Positions 9,131 through 19,190 of a stretch of DNA of 64,000 nucleotides are shown piece after piece (the stretch's first letter is position 1; every line of letters starts with the position of its first letter). The notes below the pieces were generated by a model. It saw nothing but the letters and a program-made list of their open reading frames with translations, did no database searches and was not told the DNA's origin. The position numbers and the translations under genes were made by a program. Where the stretch lies: assembly GCA_963716725.1 (NCBI GenBank), contig CAVQUB010000005.1, positions 256,001-320,000 of the forward strand, in the 5' to 3' direction. This DNA comes from an uncultured delta proteobacterium. Lineage in GTDB: Bacteria; Myxococcota_A; Polyangia; Polyangiales; Polyangiaceae.

Positions 9131-10360
9131 TCACACCGCTGGGGCGGTCTTCTTGCGCGCTTCGCCGAACTTCTTCTTCTTGCCGAGCTTGGCGAAGAAT
9201 TTGTGATCGAGCCACTCGGTCAAGGGCAGCGCGACGTAGATCGACGAATAGGTCCCGACGCTGATGCCGATGATCAGAGTCAGCGCAAAGTCCTTGAGGG
9301 TACCCGTCCCGAAGAAGAACAGCCCCGCCAAACTGATCACAGTCGTGCCGCTGGCCAGCAGCGTCCGATTGAGCATCTCCGAGATGCTCAGGTTCACCAA
9401 GCCGTGGAAGCTTCGCCCGCGGAGCTTGCCCAGGTTTTCGCGCACGCGGTCGTAGACGATCACGGTGTCGTTGATCGAGTAGCCGACGATGGTCAGGACC
9501 GCGGCGACCGTCGTCAAGTTCACCTCGCGTCGAACCAGGACCAAAAACCCAAGGACGATGACCACGTCGTGCGCCATGGCGATCACGGCACCGGGCGCGA
9601 AGCGCAGGTCGAAGCGGAACGCGATGTAGGCCATGATGAACACGATGGAGATCAGGATGGCTTTGAGCGCCGCGTCCCGGAGCTGCGCGCCGGCCTTCGG
9701 CCCGATCCACTCGGAGCGCAGCGGTTCGGCCGGAACTTTGTCGGCGCCGAGGTGGTCGCGCAGACCCGCCATGAGCTGGTCGCCCTTGCTCATCAGCTGG
9801 ATCTCGACCTTGTTGTCCCGCTCGCTCTGGAGTGAGGGGTTGTTGGCGCCCGGCCGGAGCGCGAGGCCGCCCGCCGCCAGGATGCGCTCCTTGATGAACT
9901 CCAGGTCGGGCGCCACCCGGAAACGCGCGGTGATCTTGTCGCCGCCGGGGCTGAACTTGACCTCCGTGGCCGTGCGGTTCGGAGTGCACACGTCGGCGGG
10001 CTGACCCTCGCCGACGCACAGGCTCTTCTCGACCTCGGCCTGCTTCTCCGGCGCGATGGTCGTCACCTCTTGAACGCGGATGATGAAGTGGTTGGCGTTG
10101 TTTGCGTCGTCCACCCGGATCACGTCCGGATGGGAAAACCCCGAGGCTTTGACGGCCTGGCTGACCTCGCTGGCGGCCACGGTGCCGTTGAACGCCACCT
10201 CGATCTCGGTCCCGCCCTTGAAATCGGTGCCGAGTTTGAAGCCGGCGCCCGGGGCGAAGATGCCCACCAACGCCGCGACGACGGCGAGCAACGACGCGCC
10301 GATGAAGAGGCGCCGGTGCCCCATGAAATCGTAGAGACGGCCTAGCGGAATCAGATTCAT
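9131..10360 (-). CDS. secF: Protein translocase subunit SecF
   Basis: GTDFKGG, YIAFRF, HDV, GYSINDTVIVYDRVRE, GTYSSIYVA. Confidence 0.97.
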   Translation of the reverse strand: MNLIPLGRLYDFMGHRRLFIGASLLAVVAALVGIFAPGAGFKLGTDFKGGTEIEVAFNGTVAASEVSQAVKASGFSHPDVIRVDDANNANHFIIRVQEVTTIAPEKQAEVEKSLCVGEGQPADVCTPNRTATEVKFSPGGDKITARFRVAPDLEFIKERILAAGGLALRPGANNPSLQSERDNKVEIQLMSKGDQLMAGLRDHLGADKVPAEPLRSEWIGPKAGAQLRDAALKAILISIVFIMAYIAFRFDLRFAPGAVIAMAHDVVIVLGFLVLVRREVNLTTVAAVLTIVGYSINDTVIVYDRVRENLGKLRGRSFHGLVNLSISEMLNRTLLASGTTVISLAGLFFFGTGTLKDFALTLIIGISVGTYSSIYVALPLTEWLDHKFFAKLGKKKKFGEARKKTAPAV

Positions 10361-10364
10361 GGCA

Positions 10365-12472
10365 TCACCCGATGTCCAAGTGGGTCTTGCGCCCGAAGCC
10401 GCGGGCCCAGAGCTCGAAGAAGGTGCGGCTGACGACCACCGCGGTGAAGAGGTTGATCAGCACGCCGACGGTCAGCGTCACGGCGAAGCCCTTGACGGGG
10501 CCGGAGCCGTACTGTGCCAGCACGATGGCCGAGATTAGGGTCGTCAGGTTGCCGTCGACGATGGCCGAGAGCGCGCGACCGAAGCCTACTTCGATGGCCG
10601 CCCGCGCGGTCTTCCCGGCTCGCTGTTCTTCTCGTATGCGCTCGTTGATGAGCACGCTTCCGTCCACGCCCATGCCGACGGTCAGCGCGATGCCGGCGAT
10701 GCCGGGCAGGGTCATCGCGGCGCCGAAGGTGGCCAGCACCGCGAGCTGCAGAAAGATGTTGATCAGCACGGCGGCGTCGGCGATGAGGCCGCCCCGCTTG
10801 TAGTAGATGAGCATGAAGAGCAGCACGAGCGCCACGCCGATGCCGGAACCGCGGACCGCCAGGCCGATGGCCTCTTGCCCAACGACGGCCCGATGCGTTG
10901 CTCGTTCGAAGGCGAGATCGGCGCTGGGAGAGCGCCCGATCGCAGCACCAGCTCCAGCTTGCGCGCGTCGCGGAGCTGGATGTCCGGGTCCTGGGCGCCC
11001 ATGGTGATCTGGGCGTGGCCGCCGGCAATGCGGTTCAAGATGACCGGCGTGCTCTCGACCCGGCCGTCGAGCATGATCGCGAAGCGCTTCTTCACGTTGG
11101 CGCCGGTGATTCGCTCGAAGGCCTTGCCACCCGACTCGGTGAAGGTGAGCGCAACGTGCCAGCCGCCCATGGTCCGGCCGCCCTGTTGGTCCGGCTGAGC
11201 CTGAGCCTCGGTGACCTGGGCGCCGGTGATCTCCGCGCGGGACCTGAGCAGGTAGGTGCGCCAGCCTGCTTCGCTCTGCTTGAGCGTGTCCGGGTTGGTC
11301 TCGTACACCGGCTCGAAGCCGAGCTCCCGGTCTTGCGGTGGAGTGAGCGTTCCCGCCCACTCCTTGAAGCGCGTGAGCGCGTCCTTGATCTTCTCGTCGG
11401 GCTTCTTCTTCAGATAGGCGTAGGTGATCTGCTTGTTCTTCTGATCGCCGCTCTCGTCGAGGCCAATCGGCGCCGTCTCACGAGCGAACTCCAGCCCTTC
11501 GGGCAGGCTCTCTTTGGCAGCGGTCTTGGCGACCTCGCCGATGTAGTCGGTCTCGTCGTCGAGCAGCTTGAACTCCAGGCGCGCCGTCTGGCTGATGATG
11601 TCGCGGATGGTCGCGAAGCTGGCCTCGTCTTCACCCGGGACCTCGACGATGATGTCCTCGTTGCGGGTCGAGACGCTCGCCTCACGAAGGCCGAGGTCGT
11701 CGACGCGCCGCAAGATGATCTCTTTTGCTTGGGCCACCGCGCGCTCGCGAATCGTGGTCTCAGAGGTCTCTCGGACGCGGAACACCCACTTACGCTTGTC
11801 ATCGCTCTGCGTGTAGGTGAGATCGGAACGGAACTTCTCGACGAAGCGCTCGTCAATCTTGGACGGGTCGTCCTTGACGTCGAAGCGGACCACGTTGGCG
11901 GGGGTGCGCGGTGCCTCGATGGCGACCTTCTCGCGCAGCTTGACCAGCGACTCTTCGCTGGGCAGCTCGTCGCCGCTGTGCAGTCCGTAAATTTTGGCGA
12001 GCTCGGCCCGCATCTGCTCGTAGTAGCGATCGCGCTTGTCCTTGACCGCCTCGTCGACGTCGACGGAGTAGACGAGGCGCATGCCGCCGCGCAGATCGAG
12101 CCCGGCCACCAGGCGAAATTTGCTGTTTTGCTCGACGTAATCCGGGCAGGGCAGCTTCCCGCCGCTCAGCCGCTCGAGGGTGGGCCAGAGCACGAAGAAC
12201 CCCGTGGTCAGCAGGGTGAAGACCAGGCCCGCACGAATGCGCCAGGCCACATCGACCAACTCGACGGCGACAAAGGCGCTCCAGAGCGAGAGCAGGCCGA
12301 ACATCACCATTGGCCAGAACGCTTGGAAGTACGCGGCGCCCGCCCCGCAGGCTGCGAGGATGGCGGCGAGCCAGAGGGAGACGCGATGCGCCCGCTTGAC
12401 CCAGCCGAGGGCCAAGAACATCAATGCGAACGCGCCGTAAACGAAGGTGACGGGATTGATTTGCGCGAGCAC
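10365..12472 (-). CDS. secD: Protein translocase subunit SecD (frameshift at ~10878, probably an assembly indel)
   Basis: GLDLRGG, LRSGALPAP and IGPSLG in one frame; TLPGIAGI, GMGVDGSVLINERIREE and GSGPVKGFA in the next. One G is missing from a G run. Confidence 0.95.
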
Positions 12473-12475
12473 GAC

Positions 12476-12886
12476 TCAGTCTTTCTTGGCGGGCTGAACG
12501 TCGCCGGTGTCTTTGCCCAGGAGCCCCGACTTCAGCAGCTCCACCTTCACCCCGGGTGCCACCTCGACCTTGGCGTAGCGATCCCCGATCTCGACTAGCT
12601 TTCCGACGAGCCCGGACTGAGTAAGCACGCGGTCGCCCTTCTTCAATCCGGAAATCGCGGCCTGCTGCTTCTTCTGCTGCGATCGAGAGGACCAGAACAT
12701 GAAGAACAGCAGGGGCACCAAGAGCAGCATCGGAAAGAGCATCGACATGCCCCCGGGCTGCTCGCCCCCGGCGGGCGGGGGTGCTTGCGTGTGTCCGGGT
12801 GCGGGCTGTGCCGGTTGCGGTGCTGGTGCGCCGGGCGCCTCGGGACGGCCCGGGGCTGGCGGGACTGCCTGGAAGAAAGAGGTCAA
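12476..12886 (-). CDS. yajC: Preprotein translocase subunit YajC
   Basis: Single TM segment, then QQKKQQ..LKKGDRVLTQSGLVG; directly upstream of secD; AGGAG RBS before the TTG start. Confidence 0.93.
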   Translation of the reverse strand: MTSFFQAVPPAPGRPEAPGAPAPQPAQPAPGHTQAPPPAGGEQPGGMSMLFPMLLLVPLLFFMFWSSRSQQKKQQAAISGLKKGDRVLTQSGLVGKLVEIGDRYAKVEVAPGVKVELLKSGLLGKDTGDVQPAKKD

Positions 12887-13130
12887 CCTGATGTCTCCTG
12901 GAGCGAGCTGAAAACCTGAATGCGCGTCTGGGTGCGCGGGGGTGCTCGGGCGACCGCACGGCGAGCGCGAGACGCCTCCCCGGCGGAGCGGCGAAGCTCT
13001 CGAAGCGCCGAAGCCGCCGGCTCATACCCAGTTTGTGGGGGGTCCGCAAGGACGCGGCCGCGCTGCCGACGGGGTCGCGCCCAATCGCTAAACGTCGGTG
13101 CAGGCCCTCGGCGATCTCGCGGCGAGCGTC

Positions 13131-13159
13131 TTGACACTGAAGGACCCGGAGGGTAGTTG
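13131..13159 (+). promoter_or_regulatory. Possible sigma-70 promoter for tRNA-Val/thrS
   Basis: Perfect TTGACA at 13131-13136 and a weak -10 (TAGTTG) 17 bp later. Confidence 0.4.
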
Positions 13160-13193
13160 GATTCCCCCTTGGTTTCTGAGGGTTTCAACTTCC

Positions 13194-13265
<72 letters not shown>

Positions 13266-13298
13266 CGACTTTCTTCATGATGACCGGGACACCTTGAG

Positions 13299-15358
13299 TT
13301 GCTGGCCTTGATGGCGGACGTGCAACGCACGCCGCGCGAGCTCTTGGAGGCCCGCGGGGAGTTCGCTGACGAGATCGTCGCCGTGTTGGTCGACGGCAAG
13401 ATCGTCGATCTGCACACGCCCGTGGCCGACGGCGCGACCCTGGAGCCGATCAGAGTCGGCGACGCGCGTGCACTCTCCGTCATCCGTCACTCGGCGGCGC
13501 ACATAATGGCCGACGCCGTTCAGCGGCTCTTCCCCGGCACTCAGGTCACCATCGGCCCGGCCGTGGAGAGCGGCTTCTACTACGACTTCGATCGCCCCGA
13601 CGGCCCGTTCACGGACAAAGATCTGGCGCGGATCGAGAAGGAGATGAAGAAGATCATCTCCGGGAAGAAGCCCTTCACTCGCGAAGAGATGAGCCACGAG
13701 CAGGTGCGTTCGCTCTTTGACGGCATGGGCGAGAAGTACAAATGCGAGATCATCGACACCATCGCTGCTCGCGGTGAGTCGATCAGCGTGTACCGCCACG
13801 GCAGTCCCGGTCGAAAAGATGGCAGCTGGTTCGACGTGTGCGCCGGGCCTCACGTGCCCCACGCGGGGCATCTGGGCGCGGTGAAGCTCACCACCGTCGC
13901 GGGCGCCTATTGGCGCGGCGACGAGCGCAACCCGATGCTCCAGCGCATCTACGGCACGGCGTTCCCCACGGAGGCCGATCTCGAAGCCTACTTGAAGCAG
14001 CTCGAGGAGGCCAAGGCGCGCGATCACCGCAAGCTCGGCAAGGAGCTCGAGCTGTTCGATGTTTCACGAGTACGCGCCGGCCATGCCGTTCTTCTTGCCG
14101 CGCGGCGCCAGCGTCTACCACCGCCTCGTCCAGTACGTGCGCGACCTCTACGTCGACTACGGCTACGAAGAGGTCATCACCCCGCAGGTGTTCGACAAGA
14201 AGCTGTTCGAGACCAGCGGTCACTGGGAGAACTACCAGGACAACATGTTCCTGCGCGTCACCCGTGACGCCTACCAGGACATCGTCGCCGGGAACCCCGA
14301 GGCGCTCGCTGCCATCGAGGGCAAAGGGAACCGCGAGTGGTTCGAGCAGTGGGTCGGCGGCTCGATCCGTACGGGCCTCAAGCCCATGAACTGCCCAAGC
14401 CACTGCCTGATCTTCGGCCAGCGCAAGCGCCGCGTACCGCGAGCTGCCCTGGCGCGTGGCCGACTTCGGTCGACTGCACCGCTACGAGCGCGGTGGTGTG
14501 GTGCACGGCCTGGCGCGCGTCCGTACCTTCTGTCAGGACGACGCTCACATCTTCTGCACGCCGGAGCAGATGGTCGAGGAGATCAGCGCGTTCAACCGCC
14601 TGCTCTTCGAGGTCTACAACGCGTTCGCTTTCGACAAGGTCGCCATCAAGCTGGCGCTCAGGCCCGAGAAACGCGTCGGCACCGACGAGATGTGGGACCG
14701 GGCCGAGGCCGCCCTCGAGCAGGTCTTGGTCGAGGCCAATTTGCCCTTCGAGAAGCTCGATGGCGAGGGCGCGTTCTACGGTCCGAAGCTCGAGTTCCAC
14801 GTCACCGACGCCATCGGGCGCAGCTGGCAGCTCGGCACCATTCAGGTCGACTACGCGCTGCCCGAGCGCTTCGGGCTCGACTACATCGGCAGCGACGGCG
14901 CGGCTCACCGCCCAGTGATGCTTCACCGGGCCATCTTGGGTTCGCTCGAGCGCTTCTACGGCGTGTACCTCGAGCACTGCGCCGGAAAGTTCCCGGTCTG
15001 GCTCGCGCCGGAGCAGATCATCTTGCTCACCGTGAGCGAGCGGCAGTCCGACTACGCTCAGAAGGTGGCGGCAGAGCTCCGGGCCCTGGGCCTGCGCGTG
15101 CTCGTCGACGACGGAGCGGACAAGCTGGGCGCGAAGATCAGAAACGCGCGCTTGATGCGGCACCCCTACCTGGTCGTGATCGGAGACGACGAGGCGACCG
15201 CCGGGACGCTGTCTCCCCGCTCCAGGGACGCCGGCGAGCTCGGCAGCATGACGGTCGCGGCATTTGCGGAGCGCGTGCTCCGCGAAGCGAGCGCACCACG
15301 ACTCGAAAAGACTCACGCGGCCGGACCGCGAGAACAGGAATCGAACATCAGCACATGA
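13299..15358 (+). CDS. thrS: Threonine--tRNA ligase (frameshifts at ~14059 and ~14430, probably assembly indels)
   Basis: RHSAAHIMA, GAYWRGD, RDHRKLGKEL, KPMNCP, GLARVRTFCQDDAH, GAFYGPK and HRAILGSLERF spread over three frames. Confidence 0.96.
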
Positions 15359-16128
15359 GCAACGGGCGCCGATTCAGCCGGGAGCCACGTGCTCCTCAGA
15401 TCCGCATCAACCACCGCATCCGAGTGCCGGAGGTGCGCGTCGTCGCAGAAGACGGCTCGAACCTCGGCGTATTGCCTACCGGCGACGCGATTCGCCGAGC
15501 GCAAGAGGCCGGCCTCGACTTGGTCGAGGTCAACCCCAAGGGTGCGCCTCCAGTCTGCAAAATCCTCGACTTCGGAAAGTACAAGTACGAAGAGAAGAAG
15601 AAGCAGCGCGAGACCAAGCGCAAGCAGACGGTGGTGGAAATCAAGGAGATCAAGCTCCGACCCAAGACCGACGATCACGACATGGCGGTGAAGGTCCGCG
15701 CCGCGCGCAGGTTCGCCGAAGCCGGCAACAAGGTGAGGTTCACGGTTCGCTTCCGTGGCCGAGAAATCACTCACCCCGAGGTCGCGCAGCGCCAGATCGC
15801 GTTTCTGCTCAAGCAGATGGAAGACATCTGCAACATCGAGCAGCACCCGGCGATGGAGAACCGCGCCATGGCGGCCGTCGTGTCGCCGAAGCCGGCGGTC
15901 TTGCAGCGGGTCGCGCAAGAGCGTGCGCAGCGCGAGAAGGACCGCGAGAAGGCCCGCGATGACGGCCATAGCGAGCCCTTCAACGCGGCGCCGGAGGAGG
16001 AAGACGAAGAGCTTCACGAGCCGGACGACGACGATGACGATGACGACGACGGCGACGACGGAGACGGCGAAGCCAGCGACGGCGAAGCCACCGACGGTGA
16101 AGCCGGCGACGGCGGCGACAAGAGCTGA
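15355..16128 (+). CDS. infC: Translation initiation factor IF-3 with acidic C-terminal extension
   Basis: INHRIRVPEVRVV, PPVCKILDFGKYKYE, KEIKLRP, FRGRE; ATGA overlap with thrS. Confidence 0.96.
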   Translation: MSNGRRFSREPRAPQIRINHRIRVPEVRVVAEDGSNLGVLPTGDAIRRAQEAGLDLVEVNPKGAPPVCKILDFGKYKYEEKKKQRETKRKQTVVEIKEIKLRPKTDDHDMAVKVRAARRFAEAGNKVRFTVRFRGREITHPEVAQRQIAFLLKQMEDICNIEQHPAMENRAMAAVVSPKPAVLQRVAQERAQREKDREKARDDGHSEPFNAAPEEEDEELHEPDDDDDDDDDGDDGDGEASDGEATDGEAGDGGDKS

Positions 16129-16248
16129 CGAAGCTAGCGCTGCGCTCCCTGTGTCTCCGCGCTCCGCGGCGATGGCAGCGAGCGCCAGCGCGGCTCCGAG
16201 TACGCGCGGCGAGTTTCTGAAGACGTGAACCGCTGCAGGCGGGAGCGT

Positions 16249-17654
16249 TCAGCGCTTCAACAGACCGGTGATGCTGGTCGGGAGCACACCCGCGAAGTAA
16301 GCGCCAACCACGCCGCCGATCACGATCAGCACCAAGAAGAACACGATCAGGCCGCCCTTGCCGCCGGACTGGGGCGGTGGGGAGAGCGCGGGCACCGAGG
16401 GCAGCGGCGCGCTGGGCGGCGACGCCATCACCACCGCCGACGGGGGCGCTACCGATCCGGGTCGGTGGCGCCCGGAGTGCGTGTCGTCCTCGAGGGCTGC
16501 GAGGTTCCCGAGCTCGAAGGAGACCGGCGAGGCCCCCGGCCCAGGGTTCGAAGCGGGATTCGGACCCATGCCGCTCCAGTCTTGAGATTCGTCGAACGAG
16601 CCGAGGTTGAGCGGTGCTGCGCCCAGCTCGGCGCTCGATCGATCGCCGCTCTCTCCGCCTTGGAGCGAGGTGAACTCGAAGAGTGCCTCCTCGATCAGCG
16701 AGCCGATGATCGACTTCTTGTCCTGAAGCTTACCGTCGTCGCGGCTCCTGACGACTGGCTCGACCAGGGCAGCAATGTCGAACGATGACACCGGGTGTCC
16801 GGAGTGGAACAGGAGCGTATTCAGGTCGCGGCCGAGATCGCGCGCCGCCTGGTAGCGCTGAGACGGCTCGCGGGCGAGAGCCTTGGCGAGCACTCGGTCG
16901 AGTTCGGCGGTCGCGTGCGGGTGAAAATCGCGGATCGACGGGATACGCGCCGCCTGCACCTGCCGCACGGTGTCGAGATCGCTGTCGCCCAAGAAGAGGC
17001 GACGACCCGCCAGCATCTCCCACAAGATGATGCCGACCGCAAAGATGTCGGTTCGGTGGTCGATGGGCTGACCCAGCGCGGCTTCTGGTGAGAGGTAGCT
17101 GAACTTGCCCTTGATGATGCCCGGCTCGCTCTTCTCGAGCTGGCTGTTGGCCTTGGCCAGGCCGAAGTCCACGATCTTGACCTCGCCGTGACGCGTGATG
17201 AGCACGTTCGGCGGCGACATGTCGCGGTGAACGATACCGAGGCCGTGTCCGTGTCCGTCCGTCGCTCGTGCGCGTAAGAGAGCCCCTCGCAGATGCGCAG
17301 ACAGATCAGCGCGGCGAGCTCCAACGGGAATGGTTTTCCCCCTCGGCGCGTATGGTCGATGATGGCCTTCAGGTCGGCGCCATCGACGTACTCCATGACG
17401 ATGAAGTAGGTGTTGTCGCCAACGCCGATGTCGAAGACCTGAACGCAGTTCGAGTGCGAGAGGTGCGCCGAGAGCCGCGCCTCGTCCAGGAACATCCCGA
17501 TGAACTGCTTCTTCTCGGAGAGATGCGGCAGAACGCGCTTGATCGCGACGGTCTTCTTGAAGCCCTCGAGTCCGGCGCTCTCCGCACGGAACACCTCCGC
17601 CATGCCGCCGGAGGCGATCTTCTCGATGACTCTGTACCGTTGTTGCTGGGCCAT
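16249..17654 (-). CDS. Hanks-type Ser/Thr protein kinase with C-terminal TM segment (frameshift at ~17265)
   Basis: IASGGMAEVF, VAIKR and LSYAH in one frame; HRDMSPPN, DFGLA, GKFSYLSPE and DIFAVG in the next. Confidence 0.93.
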
Positions 17655-17786
17655 CGCGATCCGCGGCGCTCGAGAAGACGCGCGCTTTCCGGGCGCGAAA
17701 GCCAGCCTAGGCGCCTGCGGGAGCGGGGGTCAAGAACCAGGATCTCGGTCGGATCTCGACGCAGCAACGGGCAGGTGCCGGGGCGC

Positions 17787-18572
17787 TCAGGTTCGGGTCT
17801 CGCGGAAGCGACTCAGCCGTCGCAAAAGCCCCAGGTGGCCATCCGGCACCGGGTCGAAGCGGCTTGCTTCGAACAGGGTCTGACTCGTCAAGTCGTCCCT
17901 CGTGGCCACGAGCGCTGCGACGATACGCCGTCGACTCGAGCCGTCAACGTGGCGTCCCACGGCGATCACGTCACCCGGAATCGGTCCCACCAAGAGCAGC
18001 ACGCGAACGGAGTTTGGCGGAAACCCCAGCGCTAGCCAGGACGCCGATGCCAGCTTTCCCGTCACGGGATCGAGCCCCACGTGGGTCGCGCCGACATCCG
18101 CGCGTCCTTCGAGAACGGCCCGCGTCACTGCCTCGTGGCTGCCCAAGATCGTCTCGTCTCCGAAGCACTCTTCCAGTCGAAGTCCCAGGGACCTGAGGTG
18201 CCAGCGCGGGACGAAGTATCCCGATGCGCTCTCCTTCGACACCCACGCAGCGCGAACGCCGAGCAAATCCTCGACCGCGTTCAGGCGCGATTCGGCCTTG
18301 GCGAACAAGGCCGAGTAGTACCCGGCGCGGGTGGAACGGTGCACCACCACCGCGCTGTCGGCACATCCCGCGTCTTCCAGATCGACGGCGACGAGAGGAG
18401 GGGCCCAGACGAGGTCCAAGCTCCCGGACAGCGCGCTGTCGCGGAGCTCGGCGTAGGACCCGAGCACCCGGGGCTCGAAGGCCAGCCCGGTCGCGCGAGC
18501 GAGCTTCGCGCAGAACTGCTCGAGGGCCTCTCCCGTGGCTGCATCGGCAGAAACAGCGGCAAAAGTCAGCAT
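17787..18572 (-). CDS. PhnD-like phosphate/phosphonate-binding protein, no signal peptide
   Basis: SYAEL, YYSALF, SASGYFVP, GSHEAVTRAVLEGRADVGA, PIPGD. Confidence 0.8.
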   Translation of the reverse strand: MLTFAAVSADAATGEALEQFCAKLARATGLAFEPRVLGSYAELRDSALSGSLDLVWAPPLVAVDLEDAGCADSAVVVHRSTRAGYYSALFAKAESRLNAVEDLLGVRAAWVSKESASGYFVPRWHLRSLGLRLEECFGDETILGSHEAVTRAVLEGRADVGATHVGLDPVTGKLASASWLALGFPPNSVRVLLLVGPIPGDVIAVGRHVDGSSRRRIVAALVATRDDLTSQTLFEASRFDPVPDGHLGLLRRLSRFRETRT

Positions 18573-18653
18573 GCACGCGCCTCCGGACCGGTATGCCCCC
18601 GTTGTGCCGGGAAGTCACCTCGGCGCCGGCGCAAGTTGTGCTATGGACCAGCC

Positions 18654-18965
18654 ATGGCGTCCCAGCATCACGATGAAACGGACGGCGTCGTCTTCTCCCA
18701 TCCGACCGAAGAGCCGGAAGAGCTGGACGCCGACGAGCCGCGGACGCCAGGCTGGATGCCGCTCCTCGGAGGAGTGCTGTTCTTGGGAGCCGCGATCTTC
18801 TTCGTCGCTACCCAACCGCCCGGCAAGACCACCGAAGAGCTGCAGCGAGCAGCCCAGGCCGCCGCGGAAGAGGCGAAAGCCAAGGCCGCCCCGCCGGCTC
18901 CACCCGATCCGACTCCGGTGCCGGACCAGGTTGCAGCGGCCGCTCAGCCGCGTAAAGGCGGTTGA
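18654..18965 (+). CDS. Small single-pass membrane protein
   Basis: Acidic N-terminus, EPRTPGWMPLLGGVLFLGAAIFFVA TM segment, Ala/Pro-rich tail. Confidence 0.65.
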   Translation: MASQHHDETDGVVFSHPTEEPEELDADEPRTPGWMPLLGGVLFLGAAIFFVATQPPGKTTEELQRAAQAAAEEAKAKAAPPAPPDPTPVPDQVAAAAQPRKGG

Positions 18966-19105
18966 GGCAGCTGAGCCCGCCGGTCGGCGGGCACGACGAG
19001 CGAAGCGAGGGAGCGGTCCATCCGGCGCGCAGCGGCGCGAGCTCGCGCTGGTCAAAAAGCCCTCGCCTTTGTCCACGCCTCATGCAATATGCCGCGTCCC
19101 TTCCC

Positions 19106-19178
19106 GGGGTCGTAGCTCAGCTGGGAGAGCGCCTGGATGGCATCCAGGAGGTCTGGGGTTCGATCCCCCACGGCTCCA
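19106..19178 (+). tRNA. tRNA-Ala (anticodon GGC), CCA not encoded
   Basis: Acceptor GGGGTCG/CGGCTCC with the G3.U70 Ala identity pair; anticodon arm CCTGG-ATGGCAT-CCAGG; GGTTCGATCC. Confidence 0.97.
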
Positions 19179-19190
19179 CGAAACGCAAGG

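Noticed and set aside
13299..15358. Programmed frameshifting or true pseudogenisation of thrS, valS or secD
   Set aside because: No slippery motifs; scattered single-base indels in essential genes are better explained by assembly error.
14059..16128. ThrRS-IF3 fusion (689-aa ORF in the track)
   Set aside because: It is an artefact of the thrS frameshifts placing a thrS fragment in the infC frame; the intervening translation is not protein-like.
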